The position numbers were made by a program, and so were the translations under genes. The notes below the pieces were generated by a model. It was not told the DNA's origin. It saw nothing but the letters and a program-made list of their open reading frames with translations, and ran no database searches. DNA of 64,000 nt from Rebecca billardiae RCC1528 (taxonomy: Eukaryota > Protista > Haptophyta): the NCBI GenBank assembly GCA_965240325.2, contig OZ251225.1, positions 3,100,001 through 3,164,000 on the forward strand, read 5' to 3'. This document shows positions 46,511 to 59,681 of the stretch, piece by piece (the stretch's first letter is position 1; each line of letters opens with the position of its first letter).

Positions 46511-47485
46511 ATGGCGTCGTCTCTCTTCACCTTCGTCGTGATGGCCAAGGGCCCATTTGAGAGGCAGCCAATCTGCCGACCGCTGGGCGGCGTCTACCAC
46601 TTTGGCAACTGCGACACGGCCGCGTGCACGCGAGCCAACCGCTCCTCGCCCCTGTCGCACACCGTCGACCCACTCTTCTTGGGCATCCCGAGAACCGGTC
46701 AGGTCTTTTGCCAGGCCGCGCGAATGTACGGCGGCCAGGAGTACCTCTACTTCCGCCGTCAGTCAGGCCACCACGCGCCGCTGAACGAGACGGACGTTGA
46801 GTCCACGCTCGCCCTTTTTCGCCGGCCGGAGGACCTGCTCATCTCCATGTACGAGTACGTGCTCATGTCGTTCCAGCGTCGGTTCCCGTGCTGCGACATC
46901 CGATGGGGGTGGCGCGCCAAGACAGTGGCGCGCGTGCGGCGGATGGCGCGCGATGGCGTACCTGCCGATCGCGTGATGGCCGCGCCCGAATATCGCGGCT
47001 GCCAGCTCAACATGCTGCTCGGCGCGCGCTGCCTCTCCGGCCACTTTGCCAACGCCAGCCAGCACGTCCAGCAGGCCGCCATCGCCAAGGCCGAGCGCAT
47101 CGTGGACCGTCTCCTCTTCGTGGGCATTCACGAGCGCTGGTTCGAGTCGGTCTGCCTCTTCAACTGGCGGATGACGGGCACGCTCTTCTGGACCAAGGAG
47201 CAGCTCCGGCGCGTGCACGCCGCGGCCGTGCAGCCGCCGCCGCCCAGCGAGACCAGGAGCAAGCCGCTGGAGCCACGCGACCAGGTGCGCGCTCGCATGC
47301 CACGAGATCAGCTGGACGCAGCCGTTTACGCACGCGCGCTCGCACGCTTCGAGCGCGACCTGGCGGCCGCGCCGCGGATCGACGAGAGCACGTGCGCGCA
47401 GGTTAGTCTGATGCAACCTCAGAGGCTCTGCCTCGCACCGTGCCCGCCGGGGGGCTCCTCGTCAGTGAGAAGACAACAACGATGA
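46511..47485 (+). CDS. Sulfotransferase-like protein
   Basis: FLGIPRTG (5'-PSB-like), FRRPEDLLISMYEY (3'-PB-like), FVGIHERWFESVCL, D..VY..A...F. Confidence 0.7.
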   Translation: MASSLFTFVVMAKGPFERQPICRPLGGVYHFGNCDTAACTRANRSSPLSHTVDPLFLGIPRTGQVFCQAARMYGGQEYLYFRRQSGHHAPLNETDVESTLALFRRPEDLLISMYEYVLMSFQRRFPCCDIRWGWRAKTVARVRRMARDGVPADRVMAAPEYRGCQLNMLLGARCLSGHFANASQHVQQAAIAKAERIVDRLLFVGIHERWFESVCLFNWRMTGTLFWTKEQLRRVHAAAVQPPPPSETRSKPLEPRDQVRARMPRDQLDAAVYARALARFERDLAAAPRIDESTCAQVSLMQPQRLCLAPCPPGGSSSVRRQQR

Positions 47486-47687
47486 TTGACGGAGTCGGTC
47501 CGAAGTGGCGGCCGCAGCTGATGCATTCCGGCTCCGCCGATGACTGCTAATTGTAGTTAGATAGACTATGTCTCTGATGATCAGAGTCATCCTCGTCGGA
47601 GTAGTCTTAGTGCCGTTATTAGTCTAGCTGCTGCTGAATAATCGCATGTTCATCAACGTATACTGCTCACTATGAGCATCAGCATCA

Positions 47688-50600
47688 TCATCGGAAAAAC
47701 ATCACGTTGTCGTCGAAAGTCAGCTCGCGCCGGCAGATGGCGAAGAGTAGCTCGAGGTCGGACTGCTCCGAGAGCATCGCGTACCGCATGCGCAGATTGG
47801 CAGCGCCGGGCGGCTCAATCTCGCCTGCGGGGCCCTCCCATGCGGTTGAGGCTGGTGGAGCCTCTGGCGCGCCCGCGGAGGCGCCGCCGTACGCGGCGCG
47901 CTCGATCGCTGATTGGAGTGCAAACAGCACGAAGGGCATGTCGTCGACAAAGACGCAGAGGTCGTGCTGCGCGCACAGTTCGCAGATGTGCTGGCGCCCC
48001 GCGCGGTCCTTGACGGTCACGACGTCCGCCACACCCGACTCGAGAAGCGCGTGCAGCTCGGATGGCGAGGCGCCCGTGTGCATCACCACCGTCATGTCCT
48101 CGGAGCGCATCTCGTGCAGCTGCCGCGCAATCTCGGCGCCCGAGATCTTGCCGTCAAAGGCCGGGGGGTCGAGGTTGTTGTCGAGGACGACGAGGATGCG
48201 AGCGCGTGCGTCGCCGGCGCCGACTGGGCGGAATGCAGCTGCCACGTCGCGGCCGGTGATGGTGCGTGGAAAGCCCGCCTGGACGGACGTGGCTGTGGGC
48301 GTGATGGCGTGCTGGCCGCTCGAGGCGTGCGCGCCGGGCTCGAGCGGCGGCGCCAGCTCAGGCAGCCCGAGTGTGTGCACCGGCGCCTGCCGTGGGGAGC
48401 CCTGCGGCGTGCTGCCGCTCTCGCCCAGCGACTCGAGCTGCGACACGCGGCGCGGCATGCTGCCCTTCTCGACGTGGCTGCTCCCGTCGCAGACGATCGA
48501 GCCGGCGCGCGAGCGCGCGGCCGACCTGATCACAGTGAGCACGCTGCAGCCGCTCGCCTCGTGGCCGAGCACTGCTGCTTCAGAGTTGTGCTGCGGCATG
48601 GACGAGGCCCGCCGCCAGCCGGACATGAGCGCGCCACGCCCGTGCCCACCGGTCTCCTTCGCGCGCTGTGCTGCGGCCACGAGGCGCTCGTCGATGGCGA
48701 ACGCCGCGCCGAGCGAGCTCGCGCGCGACGAGGCCGTGTGGGACGTGTTGAACGATGCGCAGCCCAACGGCTGGTCGCTCTCCTCCGATCTGGATTTGGA
48801 GAGGCCCAGCGGCACGGGCGTCAGGCCGGTGGGGTGGACGCTGGCTCCGGTGGGGCTCCGCGGGTGCGAGAAGGAGGCGTGCAACAGCGAGCGGCGCACA
48901 GCCATCGGCACGCCGCGCAGGATGCCGCTGGGCGATGGCGCGCTCGCACGAGATGGCGGATCTGCCGAGGCGGCCTCGACGGCCGAGCAGCCTGCGCCGA
49001 CAGCCTGCTGTGGCGGCGCCGGCGCCTTGGGCAGCACCTCGACGGGCAGACGCAGCTCGAGCGTGGCCGACTTGAAGCTCTCGTCCTGGCAAAACACCAC
49101 CTGGCCGCCCAGCCCCGCGACACGCTTCGCGGCCGGCACCAACCAGCGCAGCACGCGCGGGAGCGAGCTGTTGCCTGCGTGCAGAGCCGCGCGGGCGGCG
49201 CTCGAGCGCTTGGTGCGGCTGCGGACGCTCCCGCCGCCGGAGTCGGCGCGGCTCACGGCAGGCTGGAGGACGAGGCCGCTGCAATTGTCGTCGTCCATCG
49301 CGTACGAGCTCAGGCCCAGGTCCACGCCGCCCGTCTCGTACTGCACGCGCACTGCAAGCAGCGACACCGGCGTCGTCGCGGGCGTGGCCGAAGCTTTGAA
49401 GCTGCTCCCGAGGCTGCCGCCCGCGCGGCTCGGCTGGCGCCGCGGGGCGGCGTCCTCCTTCGGAGGGAGCAACGCGGGAGCCGCCGTGGGCGTGGCGTAT
49501 GGGCGCACGCCCGCCATGTCGCCGCGCGCCACCTCGCGTGCGCCTGGCGACGGCGCGCTGGACGGCGCGCTGCCACCGCCGCTGCTCACCATCGCCAGCT
49601 CGCAGCGCACGGCGCCGTGCGTGTGCCAGCGAGCGTGCGCGAGCGCTTTTGTGACGAAGCCGCGCACGACCCACGCCGGAACGCGCGCGTGCAGCTCCTT
49701 GGCCTCGTCGTCGAGAGCGTACGGCACGCCATGGAAGATGATCGCGGCGAAGTGCGCCAGGCTCACCGGCGAGGTGAGCGCCGCCTTGGCGTCGCTGAGC
49801 TCGTTTGCGTCGTCCACGATCAGCTTGAGCATCTGCGCCACCTGCTCCACCTGCTCGCCCGCAATCTCGACGCGCGGCACGAGCCACTGGGTGGGCGGCG
49901 AGGAGCGCGCGTGCTCGGCGAGGTTGTCCAGCTCCGAGCTCGCGTGGTACAGGTGGTTCAGCCCGAAGTGGCTCACCTCCGCGCGCAGCGCCTGCAGCCA
50001 CAGCGCGTGCATGAAGCCGGCGCGGCGCACCAACTCCGCGTGCAGCAGCGCGGGCACGCTCAGCAGCGCGCACAGCATCACCGGCAGCTCTGCGCGCAGG
50101 CCCGGCGCGAGGAGGTATGCGCTGCGTGGCTCCTCAGCCCACGCGCCATCGCCGGCGCTGAGCTCGATGCCGAGCGAGCCGAGCTGCCCGAGCAGCACGA
50201 CCGCGAGGGCAGAGTGCACGAGTGAATACCGCGCGCACAGCCCAACCTCGAGCGGTGCTAGGGCGAGCTCGAGCACGCCACCGAGCTCGGCGTGCACGTT
50301 TCCGGACGCGCGAGCGATGGGTATGAGAAAGGCCTGGCGTTGCACCGCGCGCACGAGCACGTCGAGCAGCACGGCCCAGTCGAGCGTGCCACGGGAGCAG
50401 CGGCGAGCGCCGTACAGGCCGGCGGCGGCAAAGCGCGCAGCACCCGTCACCATCGGGGTCACCGCGGCCATGACGTGCACGGTGGACAGCGGAGTGATCG
50501 CATCCGACGCGTTCGATGCGAGCAGCGCGAGCAGGCTGAGAGCCAGCGAGGTGAGCACCAGCGCGAGCTGCATGCCGCAGAGAAGCACGCCGTCGTGCCG

Positions 50601-50756
50601 AGCGATCAGATCTTCGCACACGCGGTTGAGCTCAGCAGAGCGCAGGCGGCCAGTGAGAATCGAGATGTCGTACCGCGGGTCGTGGGCGCCGCCATTGTGC
50701 GCGAGAGCGTGCGACGGGCTGCGTCCGAAGGGCGGGATGGAGTCGACCCACCACAT
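47688..50756 (-). CDS. Multi-pass membrane hybrid histidine-kinase-like protein with degenerate kinase core and atypical receiver domain
   Basis: About 5-6 N-terminal TM segments; EVSHFGLNHL H-box-like; degenerate N/G boxes; ILVVLDNNL..SGAEIARQL..VVMHTG..VADVVTVK followed by CVFVDD. Confidence 0.65.
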   Translation of the reverse strand: MWWVDSIPPFGRSPSHALAHNGGAHDPRYDISILTGRLRSAELNRVCEDLIARHDGVLLCGMQLALVLTSLALSLLALLASNASDAITPLSTVHVMAAVTPMVTGAARFAAAGLYGARRCSRGTLDWAVLLDVLVRAVQRQAFLIPIARASGNVHAELGGVLELALAPLEVGLCARYSLVHSALAVVLLGQLGSLGIELSAGDGAWAEEPRSAYLLAPGLRAELPVMLCALLSVPALLHAELVRRAGFMHALWLQALRAEVSHFGLNHLYHASSELDNLAEHARSSPPTQWLVPRVEIAGEQVEQVAQMLKLIVDDANELSDAKAALTSPVSLAHFAAIIFHGVPYALDDEAKELHARVPAWVVRGFVTKALAHARWHTHGAVRCELAMVSSGGGSAPSSAPSPGAREVARGDMAGVRPYATPTAAPALLPPKEDAAPRRQPSRAGGSLGSSFKASATPATTPVSLLAVRVQYETGGVDLGLSSYAMDDDNCSGLVLQPAVSRADSGGGSVRSRTKRSSAARAALHAGNSSLPRVLRWLVPAAKRVAGLGGQVVFCQDESFKSATLELRLPVEVLPKAPAPPQQAVGAGCSAVEAASADPPSRASAPSPSGILRGVPMAVRRSLLHASFSHPRSPTGASVHPTGLTPVPLGLSKSRSEESDQPLGCASFNTSHTASSRASSLGAAFAIDERLVAAAQRAKETGGHGRGALMSGWRRASSMPQHNSEAAVLGHEASGCSVLTVIRSAARSRAGSIVCDGSSHVEKGSMPRRVSQLESLGESGSTPQGSPRQAPVHTLGLPELAPPLEPGAHASSGQHAITPTATSVQAGFPRTITGRDVAAAFRPVGAGDARARILVVLDNNLDPPAFDGKISGAEIARQLHEMRSEDMTVVMHTGASPSELHALLESGVADVVTVKDRAGRQHICELCAQHDLCVFVDDMPFVLFALQSAIERAAYGGASAGAPEAPPASTAWEGPAGEIEPPGAANLRMRYAMLSEQSDLELLFAICRRELTFDDNVMFFR

Positions 50757-51009
50757 ACTTTACGAGGCCGGCAGGCCGCGGTGTTTTCGGCTGTTCGCGG
50801 CTTCGCGCCCGAAAGCTCGTCAGAACACAAATACTGGTAAAGGGTGTCCTTTGCCTTGATGGTCAGAGAAGGTTTCTCAGCAAGTATGCACGTGGGGTCC
50901 GGGGCACAGAACCTTCTCCCCGAGATCTCGCAATGTATAATCTCGTAGATTTGTCGCCGTACCTGGTAGTCGGAATTGACTTCGTCAATCTCGTCACGAG
51001 TTTGACTGT

Positions 51010-51179
51010 ATAAATCGATCTGCGACGAAAATTTGGCCTCGAAGCCGATTGGTCCGCGCCTCAAGTCCCATAGCAATGTGTGTGTTACGACCGAATTTAC
51101 GACCATTTCGGCGAGGCCGCAGGCCGCCCCAATTCTTTCAATTGATGAGCCGCCTGAGTTTCGTCGCAGATCGCTTTAT
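51010..51179. repeat. 21-bp inverted repeat pair (one mismatch) in an AT-richer spacer, possible MITE remnant
   Basis: ataaatcgatctgcgacgaaa (51010-51030) / tttcgtcgcagatcgctttat (51159-51179). Confidence 0.6.
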
Positions 51180-51479
51180 GCGCACGAAATGATGACGAAA
51201 ATCACACTGGCTGACTGGCTTTCATGCCGTCTCGAAGCCGAACCTCGCTCGGGGCACAGCAGGTCCATGCGCGAGGTGGATCGCGCTCCAGCAGCTCAAG
51301 GCGGCGCTCAAGCCATTCGATCGCGGTTCAGGCTATGCTCTGCCACCAGCGCCGACTTCGTGTCGACGATCGGGCACTGCCGACGACGAATCAGGAGACC
51401 TCCGCCGAGACCTGCGCCGTCCTACCTGTGTCGTTAAATCATAGAATGAGTCCGCAAACGTCGCGCTATACCGGCGCGA

Positions 51480-52640
51480 CGAGCGCGGACGCGGAATAAG
51501 TGAACGCCACGATGCCCCTCATCACGTCTGAAACAGCCTCCACTGCATGGCCAGAGGCCTAGGCGAACTGCAGCATGCTGACAGCATGGCGCATGGCAGC
51601 ACCGGCGTGCCCAAGCTGATGACGAACCGATGGAAGCCATGACCGTCTGCCGGGGCCCCGCCGGGGCAGCAACTCGAGAGTGAGCCACGGCGAAGGTTCG
51701 GGGAGCAGATAGCCCAGCGTCATCACGCCCAAGCACATCGCGAGGGCCCGCACCTGAGCCAGACCGATGCGGTGGAGGGACCAGCATCCAGCGCGTCGTG
51801 CATCGGTGCTGCGGCACGATCACTGTTGCCACTAGTTGCCGCCGTTCTCCCCGAACCTAATTAGGAAGAGCAGTGCAGCGACTGCGCTGACCGCAGGAGC
51901 GCAGAGCACGTCAGGCATAGCTGGCATGCGTCTCCACTGTTGATGCGATGATGCGTGGCGTGTCAGTTGCTGTCCGCGCCGTCGGGGGCGAAAGGTCCGG
52001 AGTCCGACTGAGTGCCGATCAGGCCACAGTCGTGACTGACACGCCATAGCCCTGGCCATGGCGTACAAGGGGATCCCGAAGCCACCCATATCGCACAGCA
52101 GCCCGCCGAGCGGTAGGCCAGCGCATTTATGCCCACGCAGCGCAGTGCCGTTCCTGGATGCCGATGCCAATAGGCGGGCGTGCTCGGGCCCGGCAGTCCG
52201 GTGAGATGTGCCAGAGATTGTGACGCGACCTCATACGTGGTGCTTGTAATGCCCTGCTCGAGGTGCATCACGAATGACGTCGCAAAGAACGTGCCCGGTC
52301 TAGCAACGGTTCGGGGCACTATGCTGAACACAGCGCACAGCACTGCTGGACACCAACCGCCACACTGCCGAACTTGAACTGGCAGCTGTCGAGGTCGAGG
52401 ACTGTGAGTCTCGACTGAGCCATGGCAATGCGACCGGCACCCAGTCGATGCCTGGCAACATGAAGCTGCTGAAGACGACCGCTGTGGCTGCCGATGAAAG
52501 GCCAGCGTCGGCAGCTGCCAGGGGGAAGAAGAGCGTAATGATATGGTGAACACGGCATCCCCAAGTCGGCGCAGCACTCAGTCGCGCGAGGAGGAGGATC
52601 ACGCTACAGAACTGCTGAGGTTGTAGCGCCGGCTCCACGA
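51480..52640 (-). pseudogene. Decayed MFS transporter (SLC18B1/VMAT-like) spread over several frames
   Basis: LFFPLAAADAGLSSAATAVVFSSF; GLPLGGLLCDMGGFGIPLY; ALAMCLGVMTLGYL in different frames with stops; boundaries approximate. Confidence 0.55.
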
Positions 52641-52879
52641 CGTGACAGCCGTCGTCACCCGTGTGCTGCCTGTGCTGGCGGTCTTGCCGTCTTCCGGGCC
52701 GACACCATCGCCCATGCCACCGGTGTGGCGGTGTCTGGCGGTCAGTCAGACTGTCACGCGACAGCTATGTATAGTCGTATGACCGCGTTCCGCGGTCTTT
52801 TTCCGTAGAACGAACGTAGTTCGGGGCCCGCGGCGCACCCTCCGTCGGCTGCTGTCTCAGTCTGACATGTGTAACAGTT

Positions 52880-54300
52880 CGCCTGAGCTGCCACCGCCAA
52901 CTCAGTCACTGCCGCCCACCGGGCCGGCGGGCCGAGGACTGTCGCCGCGGGTCCGCGGGCCGCCGCGGGGACTAGCGGCCGGCGCGCGCGCGCAGGCAGG
53001 GCGAGAGGCGCTGGCGCGGCGCGAGCCGGCGCGTGCGCGCGAGCGGGCGCACCTGCTTGAGGTACTCGCCCTGCGCCATGCGCTCGACGACGGGCCGCTG
53101 GTCGCTCGTGCCGGCAGAGCGAGAGCGCGCGCCACTGCTGGCCCCGGCCTGCCGGCTGCGCAGCCTCGCACCGAGACCGACCGAGCGGAGCTCGGGGCGG
53201 TGGAACGAGGCGAGCGGCGCGTCGCGCCTGCCGCCGCGCGTGCGCGCCTGCTCCACCGCGCCGCCGTGCTCGCCCGCCGCATCCTCCGCCGCGTCGGCCT
53301 CGAAGACGGCGGCTGCCAGCGGCAGGCTGAGCCGCGCGCCGGCTCACTCACACTGTGAGTCACACCCGCGGTCGCCTCGACGGCCAACTATCCACAGCTG
53401 CTCGAGCTGCTGGAGGGCGCCGCGACGATGGCGGCGCGGGCGCCCAGCGCGTCCGTTGCCGCGTCGCTCAGCTCGTCGAGCTCGGCGCCGCACTTCGCCA
53501 GCTTGGCGCCTAGCGCCTCCGCGTGTCACGTGCTCGTGCACGTCAGCCTGCTGATACGCCGCCGCCCATCGGCACTTCTGGCATCTGCGCGCGCAGCTGC
53601 TGCAGCTCGACGGCGGAGTCGTCGCGGCTGGCGGCGAGGGTGCGCACCGCGTCGATTGCCGAGGCCTGCAGCCCGGTGATCGCCGCGTCGACGCGCGCGG
53701 CGATTTCCCCACGCAGCCTCCTCGCGCCACGTGGCCGCCGCTCGCGTGGCAGGCAGCTGGGCGCCGCTGCGCGACCCGGAACCGGCGCGCGTTTCACTGA
53801 TGCTCCTGCTCGTCCTCACGCTGCTGCACCTCCGCGCCGCCGTCGACCGAGTTGAGGAGGAGCTCGCGCTCGGCGTCGAGGCGCGAGCTCGCGTGCTCGA
53901 GCTCGCCCTTCAGCCGCGCGAGCTCCGGGCGCATCCGGCTCATCAGCTCTGCCGCGCTGCCCCGCTCGCTCGCAGCGGCGCGCTCTGCTCCGGGCCGCCG
54001 TCGACTGAGTTGAGGAGGAGCTCGGGCTCGGCGTCGAGGCGCGAGCTCGCGTGCTCGAGCTCGCCCTTCAGCCGCGCGAGCTCCGGGCGCATCCGGCTCA
54101 TCAGCTCTGCCGCGCCGCTCGCTCGGCGGCGGCGGGCGGCGCGCTCTGCTCCGGTCGGCGAGCGACGAGCTCGCGTGCTCCGGACTCGGCTCGCCCTTGC
54201 GCGCTGCTCCTCGAGTGACGAACGCGCCCGCGGGCAGGTTGTTGCCCGTCGCCCCCGCCGCGATCTCGCCGCCCCCGCCGCGATCTCGTCGCGCATGTGT
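52880..54300 (-). pseudogene. Fragmented coiled-coil-coding sequence with an internal ~160-bp tandem duplication (53836-53993 / 53994-54154)
   Basis: AELMSRMRPELARLKGELEHASSRLDAE occurs twice in different frames; host-like codon usage broken by frameshifts. Confidence 0.5.
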
Positions 54301-54383
54301 CCGTGGCGCGCGCCTGCGAGGTGACAGGCGGGCCGCGAGCTCAGCCTCGGGGAGAGCGGAGCGAGGAGAGGGCGAGACGCGCG

Positions 54384-54528
54384 GCCTGCGAGGCGACAGG
54401 CGCGCTCGGGGAGAGCATTTTACCATTCACATTTACAAGTGATCAAGTTTCCCGTGCGCCTGCGAGGCGACAGGCGCGCTCGGGGAGAGCATTTTACTAT
54501 TCACATTTACAAGTGATCAAGTTTCCCG
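54384..54528. repeat. Two tandem ~74-bp copies (a degenerate third partial copy near 54311)
   Basis: gcctgcgaggcgacaggcgcgctcggggagagcattttac.attcacatttacaagtgatcaagtttcccg x2. Confidence 0.9.
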
Positions 54529-54898
54529 AGCCCTTGCCTTGCCGTTTTTATCGGTTGGCGGTTGGCGGCAATCTCATACTTAAAATCGCGCTCGTAACGA
54601 ACCGTTACACTAATGTCACGTCCAGCTGACGTCCAGATCGCACTTTACTTAAGGGAATCAGCTGGACGCGCTTATTTTCGGCCTAATAGACCTCTCTATG
54701 CGATCTCAAAAACTCGAAACTCGGTCTCCGCCAGCCCTAAAAATCGCCCCCCGTCCCTTTTTTCTTGATCAAAGATCTTTTTGAAACGTGGTTCGGGCCC
54801 GCTGGTGCGGGCTCCACGCTGCGCGCTCCGCCCTGCACCGCGGGCCATCATTGCTGGTCTAATACGACCGCCGTAGACTGTTGACCCTGTCGTTGTAT

Positions 54899-54920
54899 GA
54901 TATATATATATAAATAAATA

Positions 54921-54983
<63 letters not shown>
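54899..54983. repeat. Imperfect (TA)n microsatellite
   Basis: Read directly from sequence. Confidence 0.95.
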
Positions 54984-54986
<3 letters not shown>

Positions 54987-56324
54987 TTATTATCTTGGCG
55001 ACGTCGCGATGGTGCCCGCCGACGCGGCCCCCGCCCCGCTCGCTGGCCCCGGGTGCGAAGCACACGGGGCTGGTGGGGCGGGGGCCGCATGCCTGTGGTG
55101 CTCCCCCATGCTTATCTTCGGCAATCTCCTGCGCGCTCGTCGGCCTCGCGGCACTCCTGCTTGGCTGCAACATGACTACGACTAGTTCTACGACCTCTAC
55201 GACCACTTCTTCCTCCCTTCGTGCGCACGCGCTGGCCCTCGCAGGGCCAGTCGGACGCGGCGTGGGTGGCGGCACGAGCGCGGCCAGCGCGCTCGGCCTG
55301 CCTGCCTGCGAGCCTCCATGGATGCGTGCGCGTGGGGCCGGGTTCTGCCACCGTTCATTGCCAACAGCAACTGGGCACGGACCTGCGACGAGGCATGCCG
55401 CCTTTCCCCACGCGCCCTTCAGGTTGTCCCGGCTCAGCCGGTCGCTTCGGCGGCCGACGGGCCCTCGGCCGGCTCCCCCTTCCCGGGGACTCGGTGGGGC
55501 ACCGCCAGGAGTGTCTCGCGGCGGGCGGGCCGAGCGCGCGGGTCGCCAGCTGACCCCGCGACGTTCGATTCGACTGCTCTGCGCTGGCACGTGCACGCGG
55601 AGATCAACCACACGCAGCGGGTCCGGGATAGGCACTGGCACCCTCTTTCTCCAGCCGGCCGCCGGCTGCATCGCCTCGGGGGGCGATGCAGCAGGTGGAC
55701 GCCGCTGCACCCATCTGGCCCTTGGCGCCGGCCTCCACCGTGCCCCTCGCTCCACCCTAGGTGGGGCAGGGGGTGCGGGGTGTGACGAGCCCAGGGGCCA
55801 GGTTCCCCAGCATCAAGCACTGCATCTGCAGCAGCCCGCCGGTGGGCCGGGCTGCGACATCGACTACCACCTCATCTGCTTCATCGCCCAGAGCGCGCTA
55901 GGCGGCGCGCTCACTCTCCAAGCCTCTCTTCTGCAGCTGCGCGCCGCTTGGCCGGCGCGCGGCGACGCGTACTACGACCTCATCCTCATCCAGGCGCCCA
56001 CGCGGGCGCACGGGGGCGACAGCCGCGGCTGCCGCTTGCCGGAGCTGCTCGCCGCTAGGTCGGCGGGCGGCGACATCGACTACGACCTCACCCTCATCCA
56101 AGTGCTCCGGAAGGCGCTCGGCCGCGGCGGCATCTGCGGCTGCCGTCGCCGCCGTGTGCCCCAGGCCGAGGCGGTGCTCCATCCCGGCCCCGCTCCCGTA
56201 GGGGGGCAGGGCTGCGGGTGGCGCACTGTCTGACCTGGTCGGAAGGCGCGGACGCATTCTATGTGTCTGTTGCACTCTGAGCCTGACGCTTGTCCGATGC
56301 TGCCACGTCGTTAAATATATATAT

Positions 56325-58512
<2,188 letters not shown>

Positions 58513-58930
58513 CCATCGATACTCTGCGACTGCTGATCGACTGAGTCTCTCACTCTCTGCCCTACAGTGATGACGAGTCAGCCTGCTCGTAAATCATGGG
58601 CTGCCGCAAGACCGTATTATCCGCGTACTAGTTGTACAATGAGTGACAGACTGAGACTCTGGCACAGTCACGCCACCGAGTGACTTAGTGATATGAAGTC
58701 TCGTAGTCGTCCCAGCAGCGGACGTATACGTTCTAAGATCGTAGCTCAGCCTGTATCTGAGTACTACAGTACTACGGGAGTCTGAGTCGTCGCTACGAAC
58801 TGCATCAGCCACCAACTCGCCGTGCCGAACGAACTGCAGCCACCAACTCCGCGCCGAGTGAACGCGGTACTGTAACCAGGCCTCATCGGTTGTGGTTAGC
58901 GCACGTACTTAGTCTGCAAATGATCGAGTC

Positions 58931-59584
58931 TCAAGCAGCCGAAAGGTCCTGCCGGGCGAGCACGCGATAAAAGAGCACACCGTCATCCAGGACTTGTGTC
59001 TCGCGCATCGAGCACAAATCGACGCTCTGGAAGCATGCTGTACCAAACTGGGTGTCTGCGAGCGACTCCCACGCATCGCGAGGAATCCGTCTACTGGACT
59101 GAGGGCTGTCGGTGGCGTCGCGCTTCCGCTTCCCACGCTTCACGCGTGAGGTCTTGAGGAGCGTGACGTGTGGATTCCACCTCTCGCGCCAGGGCTCGAC
59201 ATCCACGCCTGCGTCGGCCAGGGCGCGATGAAGCGATTGCGCGTGCCTTTGTATCTGACCCAACGCCTCTCCTTCCACACGCGCGTACAGGACGCTTTCG
59301 TCAAACGATGCCATTCCATTCAGTGTGACACGCCACGGATAGCCAGTCTGTTCCACGTCCGCTCGTGGTGACGCGGCTAGCAGTGCCTGCACCGCGTTCT
59401 CAGCCTGTGCATCATCATCGCAGCGGAACACGAAAAGCGTGAGGTGCGACTTGTCAATCGGGACGGCACATTGCGCAAGGTGCGGCGATGCACGGACGAC
59501 GTCCTGCTGTGCGCGATGTAGGGAGTCCCGAACCGATGCATCCATGATGCGAAGCGCCAGAAAGTGGGTTGGGCGCCACCGCAT
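58931..59584 (-). CDS. AKAP7/ASCC1-like 2H phosphoesterase (2',5'-phosphodiesterase / LigT fold)
   Basis: RPTHFLALRI, two HxT motifs (HLTL, PHVTLLK), FG......VDLCSM..FY. Confidence 0.85.
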   Translation of the reverse strand: MRWRPTHFLALRIMDASVRDSLHRAQQDVVRASPHLAQCAVPIDKSHLTLFVFRCDDDAQAENAVQALLAASPRADVEQTGYPWRVTLNGMASFDESVLYARVEGEALGQIQRHAQSLHRALADAGVDVEPWRERWNPHVTLLKTSRVKRGKRKRDATDSPQSSRRIPRDAWESLADTQFGTACFQSVDLCSMRETQVLDDGVLFYRVLARQDLSAA

Positions 59585-59681
59585 CGTCGCGGCCGGCCGC
59601 AGGGCGGAGGCGACGCTTGCACAGTGCCTCCGGCCACCGGCTGCTGGCACACGATGGCCGCCCGGCCTCCACTTTTTTAGA

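Noticed and set aside
47707-50859. 1050-aa plus-strand ORF (also 17642-21964, 16284-17813 and many other long antisense or alternate-frame ORFs)
   Set aside because: Shadow ORFs of real genes; stops are rare at this GC content and the translations are Ser/Ala/Arg-rich with no motifs
54308-54528. Possible CRISPR-like array
   Set aside because: Only two full tandem copies, no unique spacers, no cas genes, eukaryotic context
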